A stretch of DNA of 33,294 bases from assembly GCA_018383835.1 (NCBI GenBank), contig JAHAWR010000004.1:1-33294 (forward strand). The letters are read 5' to 3'. Each line of letters opens with the position of its first letter. The first letter of the stretch is position 1. Source of the DNA: Candidatus Jordarchaeia archaeon. Its GTDB lineage: Archaea; Asgardarchaeota; Jordiarchaeia; Jordiarchaeales; Freyrarchaeaceae. Shown here piece by piece: positions 16,757-25,466 of this stretch. The notes beneath the pieces were generated by a model. The model made no database searches. It was not told the DNA's origin and saw only the letters and a list, made by a program, of their open reading frames with translations. The position numbers and the translations under genes are program-made.

Positions 16757-17510
16757 CTCCTTTCTCGGTGATTTTTAGCGTGAAGTCCAGAAGGAGGCTA
16801 GATGCCTCAACCAAGCTGTTCATGTCGTACTTCTCCGTTCTGGGCAGGAAATTCATAAGGCAGAGCCTGCCCTTAACGAGCACTACTATCCATTTTTCTT
16901 TTCCTCCAAAGATGACCGTCTCCACTCTGCCCCCACCCACCTCTTCCGACAACTTGTTGGCGAAGCTCGCTATCATCGCCGCCACTGTCGCCATCTTCTT
17001 CATAGACATGAACCATGTCGGTAGGAGGGAGAAGAGAACCCTACCCTCTTCAAGGTCGTAGAGGACAACTCCTTCCAGCCCGGCTCGCGAGAAGAAAACG
17101 CGTATGGCGGTCTCCACGAATGGCCTAGAAATAATGTCTCTCAGGTATGAGTGGATCCCCTCGAAGGCCTTCAGGTTGCCGTCCCAGCTCCTAAGCGTCT
17201 CCCCGTACTCTGCCATGAACTTTTCTAGAACATCTTCTAGGATGAGCTTGACGATGACCCCCGGTAGCTTCTCCGACGAAAAGGCGACGGCACAAATCCC
17301 CTTGTCATTGGCCACGCAATAAATTTTTCCATCCTTAAAGTCGAGGCCTTCAAGCTCCGAGCCGAGGGTATCCCTGCCGAGAGCCATTATGGCGGACATT
17401 AACCCACCAACAATTTGGGAGGGCCATGTATCGGTTGCCGAAGCTAGGCAAACGCCGCTACTACCTATAACTAATATGTCCTGAATAGGGTTACGGTCAA
17501 GCTGAGGCAC
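16749..17510 (-). CDS. Two-domain Roadblock/LC7-longin-like protein
   Basis: The product is 253 aa and starts at a GTG with GGAGGA 6 nt upstream. The C-half (GLEGVVLYDLEEGRVLFSLL...MATVAAMIASFANKLSEEVGGGRVETVIFGGKEKWIVVLVKGRLCL) fits the Roadblock/LC7 pattern. The N-half (ILVIGSSGVCLAS...IVGGLMSAIMALGRDTLGSELEGLDFKDGKIYCV...FMAEYGETLRSWDGNLKAFEG) fits a longin/roadblock-like alpha-beta module. Confidence 0.55.
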   Translation of the reverse strand: MPQLDRNPIQDILVIGSSGVCLASATDTWPSQIVGGLMSAIMALGRDTLGSELEGLDFKDGKIYCVANDKGICAVAFSSEKLPGVIVKLILEDVLEKFMAEYGETLRSWDGNLKAFEGIHSYLRDIISRPFVETAIRVFFSRAGLEGVVLYDLEEGRVLFSLLPTWFMSMKKMATVAAMIASFANKLSEEVGGGRVETVIFGGKEKWIVVLVKGRLCLMNFLPRTEKYDMNSLVEASSLLLDFTLKITEKGGG

Positions 17511-17529
17511 AAAGATCCTCCTTCAGGAA

Positions 17530-17549
17530 CTTCACCGATAACGGTGAAG
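17530..17549 (-). promoter_or_regulatory. Perfect 8-bp hairpin (CTTCACCG-ATAA-CGGTGAAG) in the abfD/Roadblock intercistronic gap
   Basis: Seen directly. It lies between the abfD stop (17562) and the SD/GTG of the next gene (17510) and has no oligo-T tail. A TATA-like TTTTAAATA on the minus strand at about 17560-17568 overlaps the abfD stop. Confidence 0.4.
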
Positions 17550-17561
17550 GAAGAGAGTTAT

Positions 17562-19022
17562 TTAAAAGTTATTATCCATGTTTATTCCTGCCAGTTTCGC
17601 GGCGTTCTTCATTTTCTCTTTGAACTTCGCTTGCCTTGATATCATTATTTTCTGTGTTTGGGGTGAGCCTGCTCCGTGGAGCGACTCGACGAGGTATCCT
17701 GTGCTCATGGTTAGGTTCTCTATCAGCCTCACAGCCCTCATCCTGTGCTCTGCGGGGTATTCGGCGTTGCCCTGCATGTACTTCGCCACATACTTACCGA
17801 CCTTCTCGCTTCTAAGGTCCCTCTCGCTCGGCATCGTCGCAACTATTCCCCCTGCTATGTCCTGGGCCAGCCTAGCCATCTCGTATGGTGCACGAGTCAC
17901 GTTGAGCTTGCACACGTTGGCGAGCAGGGGCTCGGGCCTGTAGGCGCCCGAGGGTGTTACGTACCCCTCGTAGCTACAAGCTAGGGCGCAGGAGTAGAGG
18001 GTTTCGTTCATGTGGGTCATCTCCACGAGCTTGTCCCTCACATGCGAGGCGTCAAGGATGCCGTTGTAGAGGGCTGCTAGGGCGCTTGCGCCTATGAGCA
18101 CGTCTCCCATCCCAGCCTTGCAGCCGCCATAGTTCTGCCTATGGTACGAGGAGAAGGTCTCCACGACCAGCCCTGTGAACTCCGTCTCGCCGCACATGAA
18201 AACTCTCTCCCACGGGACGAAGACGTCGTCGAAAATGGTTAACGTTTCATGTCCGCTCGAGCTGTACATGTAGTTGCCTATGTCCATCCAGTCCTCCATC
18301 ACTCTCCTGTAGTCACCCATCTGCCTGCCCACGACGAGGGTGACCCCCTCAGCGTCGGTCGGGACGGCGAACGCCACCGCGTAGTCTGCGTCCTTCTCGT
18401 CCATCGCCCTCGTCGGGAGAACGATTATCTCGTGGGAGTGGACGCAGCCCGTCGTGTGCGCCTTCGCCCCCCTCACCACTATCCCGTCCTCCCGCCGCTC
18501 AACAACTCTCACGTACATGTCCGGGTCGCGCTGCTCATGCGGCCTCAGGCTCCTGTCCCCCTTAACGTCGGTCATGGCGCCCGCACACATCAAGTCGTTC
18601 CCCTGAACGTACTTCAAGTATTTCTTCAACTGCTCATGGTAGCTTGTACCATGCTTAGCATCTATCTCGTAGGTTGTTATGTAGAGGGCGTTGAGCGCAT
18701 CCCAGCCCACACACCGCTGAATGCACGTCCCAGTCCTCTCACATAGAACCCTCAGCAGCTTAACCTTGCAGACGAGGTCGTGTGCGTTCTGGTGGATGTG
18801 GGTGAACCTGTTAACCGTCTCTCCGGTCAGGTGGGACTTTGCCGTCGCAAGCCATTTGTAGGCATCCTCGTGAGCCAAGTTGTAGGTCTCAGCCACGGCG
18901 TTGAGGGATGGCCCAAGCAGCGGGTGCTCCGTCGGGTCAGCGATCTCCTCACCCAAAGCGAAAACCTTCACCCGCCTCCCCTTCAAGCTCCTAACATACT
19001 CCTCGCCAGTCATCAAAACCAT
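17562..19022 (-). CDS. abfD: 4-hydroxybutyryl-CoA dehydratase / vinylacetyl-CoA isomerase
   Basis: The product is 486 aa. TGTC100IQRC104 (CxxxC) and H294RQNYGGC301 (Hx6C) match the [4Fe-4S] ligand pattern Cys99/Cys103/His292/Cys299 of the Clostridium aminobutyricum enzyme. GGAGG lies 7-8 nt upstream of the ATG. Confidence 0.85.
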   Translation of the reverse strand: MVLMTGEEYVRSLKGRRVKVFALGEEIADPTEHPLLGPSLNAVAETYNLAHEDAYKWLATAKSHLTGETVNRFTHIHQNAHDLVCKVKLLRVLCERTGTCIQRCVGWDALNALYITTYEIDAKHGTSYHEQLKKYLKYVQGNDLMCAGAMTDVKGDRSLRPHEQRDPDMYVRVVERREDGIVVRGAKAHTTGCVHSHEIIVLPTRAMDEKDADYAVAFAVPTDAEGVTLVVGRQMGDYRRVMEDWMDIGNYMYSSSGHETLTIFDDVFVPWERVFMCGETEFTGLVVETFSSYHRQNYGGCKAGMGDVLIGASALAALYNGILDASHVRDKLVEMTHMNETLYSCALACSYEGYVTPSGAYRPEPLLANVCKLNVTRAPYEMARLAQDIAGGIVATMPSERDLRSEKVGKYVAKYMQGNAEYPAEHRMRAVRLIENLTMSTGYLVESLHGAGSPQTQKIMISRQAKFKEKMKNAAKLAGINMDNNF

Positions 19023-19096
19023 GCAAACCCCTCCAGCATCTTACAACAACCAAGAAGAACAGCTAATTAACCTTATCGGAAACAAGGTGCAACACG

Positions 19097-19103
19097 TTTA
19101 AAA
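19097..19103 (+). promoter_or_regulatory. TATA-like box for the YkgJ-like gene
   Basis: TTTAAAA lies about 30 nt upstream of the GTG at 19132, in the divergent abfD/ykgJ intergenic region. Confidence 0.35.
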
Positions 19104-19131
19104 GGAGGCTCTCTCTGGTTCCTCATGTAGC

Positions 19132-19668
19132 GTGGTGGGTGGGCCTGTGCCTTTCCTCCCATGGCGCCTCTTCCACTCCTGGAGCTGCCTGATGTGCGGC
19201 GAGTGTTGCGAAAAGTTCGACGTAAGCCTCACACCCCCAGAAGCCTCCCTACTAGTGAGGGAGTACGGAGAAAAGGTGGTCGAGAAGAGGGGGAGAAAAA
19301 TCTACTTGAGGCGCGTCGGCGGAAAATGCGTCTTCCAAGATAGAGTAGCGTGTAGCATCCAAACCATTAAGCCCTCAGCCTGCAAGCTTTGGCCCTTCAA
19401 GGTCTCAAGCTACCCTCTCAGACTGGAAGACAGGCACATGGCGGAGTACACATTCGCCGGCACGAAGCTATACGTCTACGTGAACGTCTTCTGCCGCGGA
19501 CTAAACAAGGGGACACCTATATGGGCGGTCATACCTGAAGCGGTAGCAATCCACTTCGGACTAACAGACAAGCAGACGCTCACAACCTCACAGGTACCCA
19601 AAGCAATCGAAACCAAGCCAACAATAACAAAAACGGTGACAGCCAAAAGAGCGGCAAAAAGAAAGTAA
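19132..19668 (+). CDS. YkgJ/UPF0153 family Cys-cluster (CxxCxxCC) protein
   Basis: CLMCGECC is near the N-terminus. It is followed by GGKCVFQD...ACSIQTIKPSACKLWPF, the second conserved Cys block of the family. The C-terminal tail is Lys/Thr-rich. Confidence 0.75.
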   Translation: MVGGPVPFLPWRLFHSWSCLMCGECCEKFDVSLTPPEASLLVREYGEKVVEKRGRKIYLRRVGGKCVFQDRVACSIQTIKPSACKLWPFKVSSYPLRLEDRHMAEYTFAGTKLYVYVNVFCRGLNKGTPIWAVIPEAVAIHFGLTDKQTLTTSQVPKAIETKPTITKTVTAKRAAKRK

Positions 19669-19855
19669 GAAGCCAACCACACCACCAGACCCCCAATCCA
19701 AACAACTTGAGACGCTGAAAAGGAGCCGCCCAGGACGGCCAAGGCATCCTAGAGGAGTCAGCATGGTAGACAATGGATAAGACACACCTAATAATTTGGG
19801 GAAAAATCAGTATTCATAGCAAATACTTCAAAAAACTAACAGTTTTGTCATAATA

Positions 19856-19864
19856 TTTTTAAAA
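19856..19864 (+). promoter_or_regulatory. TATA box for the giant surface-protein gene (leaderless-type spacing)
   Basis: TTTTTAAAA starts 24 nt upstream of the ATG at 19880, and no SD motif lies between them. Confidence 0.45.
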
Positions 19865-19879
19865 GTTCCCCTTCAATAT

Positions 19880-22800
19880 ATGGAACCCAAGAAGAAAATG
19901 AGGATCAGGAGCATGGAGAGAAAGGCGAAAACAACCCTGGCAGTGCTTACTGCAACCCTCATCATACTCACCATACTCGCCCCACTTGTAACACAACAAC
20001 CCACACCAGCCGCACTAGCCACACCCACACAAGCAACCACAACAAACAAGCAGTCAACCACACCCCCACAAGATGCTCCGCCGTGGTGGGATGTCGCCTT
20101 CGGGTTCCGCATACCCGTTAACGTGACCAACAACGCGGGCGTAAACGCGGCGATACCTGTGGACGTCTACGTAGACTTCGCTGGGCTTGGGGTGAGCTGC
20201 TACAATGGCAGCATAAGGGTCCAGTGGTGGAATGGCTCCTCTTGGCTGCCCGAGCCCGGAATACCGTACCAGTTGTGGAACGAGACCTACAGCGGGGGGA
20301 AGATCGCGTCCGCGACGATAACATTCCACGCCAACCTCACAGCATACCAGACGGCAACATACCACATATACTTCGACGACACGTCAGGCACGCCACCACA
20401 ATTCACACCACAAGTCCAAGCCAACGACACAGGAAACACGATAACGGTGGAAGGGGCAAACTACAAAGCATACATAGACAAGACGGCTAACGGAGGAAAA
20501 ATATTTGAGTGCTACAACAGCTTCTACGAAGGCAACTGGAGCACACCACCATTCCACAACAACCCAACATTTGCTAGTGGCAAAAATGATAGGTTCAAGT
20601 GGATTATAGAGGGAGGGCCATTTTGTGGACCGAGTGTATCCTCTGGCTCCTTGTTCGTCGCAATAACAGCGTGCGCGAACTTCACTCGTCAAGGACCTAG
20701 GGGACCACAGATAACCAGTAATTACGTTAATGTTACTTACAGGTTCTTCGAGTGGGGGTGGATATGTGAAACGACCACGTTCTTCGCGGAGTCACGAGAC
20801 CTCAACTATTACAGGTGCTGCGGCTACTCCTTCGACCCCCAAATAATGCCGAAGCTGTTTTATGAGGGCTGCAGTGACCCATTAACTATGACCATTGGTT
20901 CTTCCTATAATTTGGGAGGGGCGGGCTGGTTCTGCACGTTTAGTGACGTCTTTGGTCCTGCAGCTGGCATAGTGGACGTCGGGCCCCTGCGTTATAACAT
21001 TACGAGCCCCCCGTTGTTAAGCTGGCAGTTTGTGGTGAACTATGGGAGTAGCTCAGAGGACTGGTACAGAACAACTGCCACCTTAACGGTTAACCCCGGA
21101 GACTGGATAAGTGAACGCTACGCCTTCTACATCTGGAACGGAACCCAGGGTTACAGCCAGTTTGAGAGCTTCGCCGAGGCAGTGAAGAGGAAGTCCGTGT
21201 CCGTCGGCGGCGTTGAGGAAAGGTTCTTCAGCTTGAGGGTCTACGTCGAAGACCTCAACGGCCAATCTCTTGGCGGCGCCCTGGTGAAAATAATGAACAA
21301 CACGGGACACGAGCTCGTTAGTGGGTTGACAAGCCAGGACGGGTGGGCCTCATTCTACCTCTACGAGGGCAACTACAATGTCTGCGCCAGCTGGAACGAA
21401 ACGCATGAAGGCATAACATACCAGACGTACACTAATGATAGCGTGGCAATCAGCTTGAGCAGCGACGCGCAACTAACCGTCGTAGTGGAAGTGGTAAACC
21501 TCATGTGCCACACCATCTACCCGTGGGGCAGCCCCCTACCCTACGTCAACGTCACAGTTGAGAACGAAAGCGGAAGCCTTTTCACGTCGGGGATCACAGA
21601 TAGTAGTGGCGAGGTTCGGTTCCGCCTACCAACAGGCAACTACACCATATACCTGTACGAGGGCGGCCAGCTGCGCCAGGTAAACGACTCAAACAGCATC
21701 CAAATAACTCTCTCAACAGGCAACACACCATACAATGCCACACTCAACTGCACAACATACTCACAGTCTTCACCCCTAACTAAAACGTGTATAAATATTA
21801 CTAATGGCACTTCGTTGTCGTTTACTTGGACTCCTTACGACGTTTTCCTCTATGTCAGGTGGCAGTACGAGAATGGGTCTGACGTGGATCGTTCAGAAGA
21901 TGAGAGCCGCTACCTGCAGTATAGGGTTGTGGGCTCTTCAGGGGTGGTTTTAGACTGGACGAACCTAACGCAGCACAGCAATGAAGGGATATATTACATA
22001 GCTAATCTTACTGGTTTGCTCTATGGCGGCGCAACGTATACCGTTGAGTTTAGGGCTGGTGGCGAGGGGTTTGAGGCCGTTGCGGGAAGCGTCGCCATCA
22101 TCGTTCATCCGGTTATACTGAGCGATTCTAACGTTGATGTTTCGCGTTTGGGGACTTACTACTGGAACCAGGAAGATGTTCCGGTGTGGGTTCGCGTCTA
22201 CGATAACTATAATAATCGCGCGGTTGTTGGTGCGAGCGTCACGTGGTCTGTTGAGAAGTTCGGCAGCTTCCCGCTGGTTGATGATGATAGTGACGGGAAC
22301 TATACGGGCAGCATACCTAGGGGTCTTCTGCCCCAGGGCAGCCACACGGTGACTTTCAGGGTGGAGTGTGAAAACTATACTGCTTACAGTAAGGACAGGG
22401 TGATTGTTATCTCGCCGAGGCCGCTGTCTCTGGAGTTTAAGCCTGCCTACGACGTGGTCTTCGGGGACAGCTTCACCCTTTACGCCATCTGCAGGGATAA
22501 CCTTACGGGCGAGCTGTTACCGTCAAATGTCAGAGTCTACTACTCGATTGAGGGGACTGGGTTCTTCGGCGTCCTCGAGGATGGTGACGGGGACGGAAAC
22601 TACACGGGCACCTTCGACACCTCACTCCTCCCGTCAGGTATAAGTTATAGCATTAGACTCAACGCCGTCCTAGAGAACTATGCTTCAGTAGAGAAGACGA
22701 TTTACCTATTAGTTAAGCCTGTTCCGATGAGCATTCAGGACGTACGCGTTTCGGAGACGCAGTGGATGGATGAGCTCAACCTGACGGTTACGGTCTGGAA

Positions 22801-23833
22801 CGCACATAGCAGCGTTCCAGTTACGGACGCCGTAGTGAACTGCACAATAAAGAGGGGTGAAGCTGTGGTGTTTGAGGGGCAACTCAACCACTCAGGCAAT
22901 GGGGTCTACACGCTCAGCGTCGACACGCTCAGCATGAATATGCTTCCTGGCAAGTACACTGTGGTGTTCTACGCCTTCAAGGAGGACTACCAAGCTCAGC
23001 CCATGCAGGTCGAGTTTAGCATACAGCCCGTCGCGACTACAGTTATGCCGACGAGCTTCATGATTCTAGGCGGCTTCACTCCATACCTCGTCCTGTCCGG
23101 GGGCTACGGTGAGGTTGAGAACGGCGTCCCCTTCGTTGTCCTCGTTTTCGAGTACAGGGACGCGTACGGTAACCCTGTCCCTGGGGCTGCTGTCACCGCC
23201 AACGGCGCCCCGCTCACATACATGGGAGGCGGGAGGTACATCTTGGTGGTTCCGACTTCCATTAGCCCGTCCACGATACCCATCGTGGTGACCGCCTCGG
23301 CCGAGAACTACGAGGCCGCCCAGACGTTCCAGGTGCTGACAGTCAAGGAGAGGAGCGTCACCATACCCGGGCTCAACACAAGAATACCCTTGACGATGTT
23401 CGTGGTGTTGAGCTTGGCTGTGGTCATGCCTCCTGCCAGCCTCGCAGGGTACGTTTACGTGAGGAGGCTGAGGACGCCGCCCATCATAAGGAAGATTGAC
23501 AGGCTGATTGAGGCCATAGAGAAGGGCGAGCCCTTCGAGGTTGAGAAGCCGATGTCGAGGATGGACATGATTAAGGGCCTCCTCTGGGAGGAGATGGCGC
23601 TCATAGGTGTCGAGCCCAGGGTTGCTGCTTACGTGCCAGCCGAGATCGCAGACAAGCTGGTTCCACTGCTGGTGGAAAGCGGGATGAGCGAGGATGCGGC
23701 GGTTACCCTCCTAGGTGAGCTTAGGGTTAGCTCACCAGCCGAAAGGGAGAAGCTCCTAGCGAGTGTCGGTGTCCCACCCGACATAAGCGCTATAATACTG
23801 AAGGAGCTGGAGGCAGAAGAAGAGCAAAAGTGA
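19880..23833 (+). CDS. Giant (1317 aa) type-I-like surface glycoprotein: signal anchor, Thr/Pro linker, beta-sandwich modules, C-terminal TM and a 123-aa cytoplasmic tail
   Basis: The N-terminal hydrophobic segment TTLAVLTATLIILTILAPLV is followed by the linker QQPTPAALATPTQATTTNKQSTTPP. WWDVAFGFRIPVNVTN... resembles the start of a DUF2341-type domain. Two prealbumin/CarboxypepD_reg-like units are present (LRVYVEDLNGQSLGGALVKI..., VNVTVENESGSLFTSGITDSSGEVRFRLPTGNYTIYLY). Five modules of about 100 aa carry a G-x-Y-T...LP-G-x-Y motif. I counted about 30 N-x-S/T sequons by hand. The TM is about 23390-23461 and the tail 23462-23830. Confidence 0.8.
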   Translation: MEPKKKMRIRSMERKAKTTLAVLTATLIILTILAPLVTQQPTPAALATPTQATTTNKQSTTPPQDAPPWWDVAFGFRIPVNVTNNAGVNAAIPVDVYVDFAGLGVSCYNGSIRVQWWNGSSWLPEPGIPYQLWNETYSGGKIASATITFHANLTAYQTATYHIYFDDTSGTPPQFTPQVQANDTGNTITVEGANYKAYIDKTANGGKIFECYNSFYEGNWSTPPFHNNPTFASGKNDRFKWIIEGGPFCGPSVSSGSLFVAITACANFTRQGPRGPQITSNYVNVTYRFFEWGWICETTTFFAESRDLNYYRCCGYSFDPQIMPKLFYEGCSDPLTMTIGSSYNLGGAGWFCTFSDVFGPAAGIVDVGPLRYNITSPPLLSWQFVVNYGSSSEDWYRTTATLTVNPGDWISERYAFYIWNGTQGYSQFESFAEAVKRKSVSVGGVEERFFSLRVYVEDLNGQSLGGALVKIMNNTGHELVSGLTSQDGWASFYLYEGNYNVCASWNETHEGITYQTYTNDSVAISLSSDAQLTVVVEVVNLMCHTIYPWGSPLPYVNVTVENESGSLFTSGITDSSGEVRFRLPTGNYTIYLYEGGQLRQVNDSNSIQITLSTGNTPYNATLNCTTYSQSSPLTKTCINITNGTSLSFTWTPYDVFLYVRWQYENGSDVDRSEDESRYLQYRVVGSSGVVLDWTNLTQHSNEGIYYIANLTGLLYGGATYTVEFRAGGEGFEAVAGSVAIIVHPVILSDSNVDVSRLGTYYWNQEDVPVWVRVYDNYNNRAVVGASVTWSVEKFGSFPLVDDDSDGNYTGSIPRGLLPQGSHTVTFRVECENYTAYSKDRVIVISPRPLSLEFKPAYDVVFGDSFTLYAICRDNLTGELLPSNVRVYYSIEGTGFFGVLEDGDGDGNYTGTFDTSLLPSGISYSIRLNAVLENYASVEKTIYLLVKPVPMSIQDVRVSETQWMDELNLTVTVWNAHSSVPVTDAVVNCTIKRGEAVVFEGQLNHSGNGVYTLSVDTLSMNMLPGKYTVVFYAFKEDYQAQPMQVEFSIQPVATTVMPTSFMILGGFTPYLVLSGGYGEVENGVPFVVLVFEYRDAYGNPVPGAAVTANGAPLTYMGGGRYILVVPTSISPSTIPIVVTASAENYEAAQTFQVLTVKERSVTIPGLNTRIPLTMFVVLSLAVVMPPASLAGYVYVRRLRTPPIIRKIDRLIEAIEKGEPFEVEKPMSRMDMIKGLLWEEMALIGVEPRVAAYVPAEIADKLVPLLVESGMSEDAAVTLLGELRVSSPAEREKLLASVGVPPDISAIILKELEAEEEQK

Positions 23834-23926
23834 ACCCCCTAATTTTTTAAGGATTCCCGTAAAAGTTCGCCCTGAGTATGTAAGCTTCAAGGTTGCCGTG
23901 TTTCTCCATCTTCATGGGGGGTTTAG

Positions 23927-25078
23927 GTGTCTTCTGGGCGCTTCGCTAGCTACGTTGAAGACGTGAGGAAGGTCGTGCTCGACTTCTTCATTTCAGCAGT
24001 CGAGTTCATGGATCACTTCATTCCGCCGGGCACAGTTGTCCAGGGAGAAGTGGTTCAAAATCTTACTGAGCGGCTGAAGCAGTGGAACATCATGGATGAG
24101 GCATTGCTGCTGGCTAAGGACTACTTTCAACTGGTACATGATACCTGCGTCATTCTCAGCCGCCTGTTATCGCTTCTTGAAGGAGCCGCGTCCGACCCCC
24201 GGCCTCGCCTCACCATGGATCCTGAGTCCGCCAAGCTCTTCCTTAGGGGACTCATGGACGAGGCGACTTTAAGGTTTGACGAGCTTGTGAACATGGTCTG
24301 GGAGCGGGCGGTGAGGCTCTCCAGCACCATGGCACCCATAAGTGGGGGGGTCGCCGTCAGGATTAAAGATGAGGTTATCAGGGAGATCAGAGAATGGGTC
24401 GGGAAGGCAAGTATTGTGATTGACGCTTACAGTAGAGCTATCAAGGCAGGAGGCGAGGACGAGCTCGTAGAGGCGGTTCTCGTAATGCTGTCTGGCCTAA
24501 GGCTTCTCCTAGAGGGACTGAAGCGGATCAGCTCATTATTCAGGCTAGAACCCGACCCAACCGAGCTCCCACTAGACAAGCTCCAAGAAATAATTAGCGC
24601 CGTGAGCCTTACTCTACCGGAGGTCAAGCGGGGGCTTGAGGCGCGTCTCAACATACACCAGTACGTCGTCAGCACGCTTTTCCACATGTTAAGAGTACTT
24701 CACGGGTCTGAGAAGGCCTCTGAGCTCCTAAACTGGCTTATACGTGAATCCGCCCAGTCTAGGGGGTGGAAGGCCGCTCAATCATTGTTGCCTGAAGACG
24801 TAAACCTTGAGGAGCTCAGGGTGGGGCTCGTGATAGCGAGGACGAACCTCGAGGACTCCCTAAGAGAGCTCGACCACTTCAAACGCGTAACTGAAATGCT
24901 CTCGATTCTCTTAAACTCCGTGGACTTTCCACTACTCAGAAACCTCTGCGAAAGGGAGAAAGAGGTTGTAAGCCGCGTCGAGTCCTTTATCAGGCAAGCG
25001 CTGATGATAGTTAGGGACGCCAGCATCAAGGTCTACATGGCAATGGAGGAGCTTAAGCTTTTAAGAGGCTCCGGGTAG
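23927..25078 (+). CDS. Hypothetical all-alpha, Leu/Glu/Arg-rich cytoplasmic protein
   Basis: 383-aa ORF starting at a GTG preceded by a G-rich stretch, 93 nt after the giant gene on the same strand. There is no hydrophobic segment, and I recognise no motif. Confidence 0.6.
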   Translation: MSSGRFASYVEDVRKVVLDFFISAVEFMDHFIPPGTVVQGEVVQNLTERLKQWNIMDEALLLAKDYFQLVHDTCVILSRLLSLLEGAASDPRPRLTMDPESAKLFLRGLMDEATLRFDELVNMVWERAVRLSSTMAPISGGVAVRIKDEVIREIREWVGKASIVIDAYSRAIKAGGEDELVEAVLVMLSGLRLLLEGLKRISSLFRLEPDPTELPLDKLQEIISAVSLTLPEVKRGLEARLNIHQYVVSTLFHMLRVLHGSEKASELLNWLIRESAQSRGWKAAQSLLPEDVNLEELRVGLVIARTNLEDSLRELDHFKRVTEMLSILLNSVDFPLLRNLCEREKEVVSRVESFIRQALMIVRDASIKVYMAMEELKLLRGSG

Positions 25079-25087
25079 CCTAGCTCG

Positions 25088-25384
25088 CTAAGTTGTGTAG
25101 CTGTCCCTCGCCTCATCCCCCCTCCTGGCGCCATTGCCCTCGATGGTTCTAGCTATGAACTCCGCCACGAACTCCGGGTTCTCCCTGAACATGGCGACGA
25201 TCGTCTTTCTCAATAGCTCATCGTCTGGGAGCGGGTCGACGAGCATCTTCTCTATCCCAGCCAGTAGAACGAACTCGGCGTACTCGGAGTCATCCTTGAA
25301 CGTCTCCCCCAGAACAACGTCCACTATTCTCTTGAGAGCCATAAGCCTTTTGTAAACCTCCTCGGACACCTCAACAGAAACCAT
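25088..25384 (-). CDS. Hypothetical small protein (98 aa)
   Basis: I trimmed the track ORF 25088..25453 to the ATG at 25382-25384 (MVSVEVSEEVYKRLMALK...). The upstream extension is low-quality. It lies 82 nt downstream of the KaiC-like gene on the same strand. Confidence 0.45.
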   Translation of the reverse strand: MVSVEVSEEVYKRLMALKRIVDVVLGETFKDDSEYAEFVLLAGIEKMLVDPLPDDELLRKTIVAMFRENPEFVAEFIARTIEGNGARRGDEARDSYTT

Positions 25385-25466
25385 ACCAACACCAAGAAAC
25401 AGTAAAACCCGCCACCTATCTAATAAACCTCTCGAAGCCTCCGGCGGAGCCACAGTCTAGGGCACT

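Noticed and set aside
20054-23291. Short ORFs within or antisense to the 1317-aa gene (e.g. 20054..20365, 21965..22345)
   Set aside because: Same reasoning: the long frame has a coherent domain architecture, and the small ones are Arg/Pro-rich artefacts.
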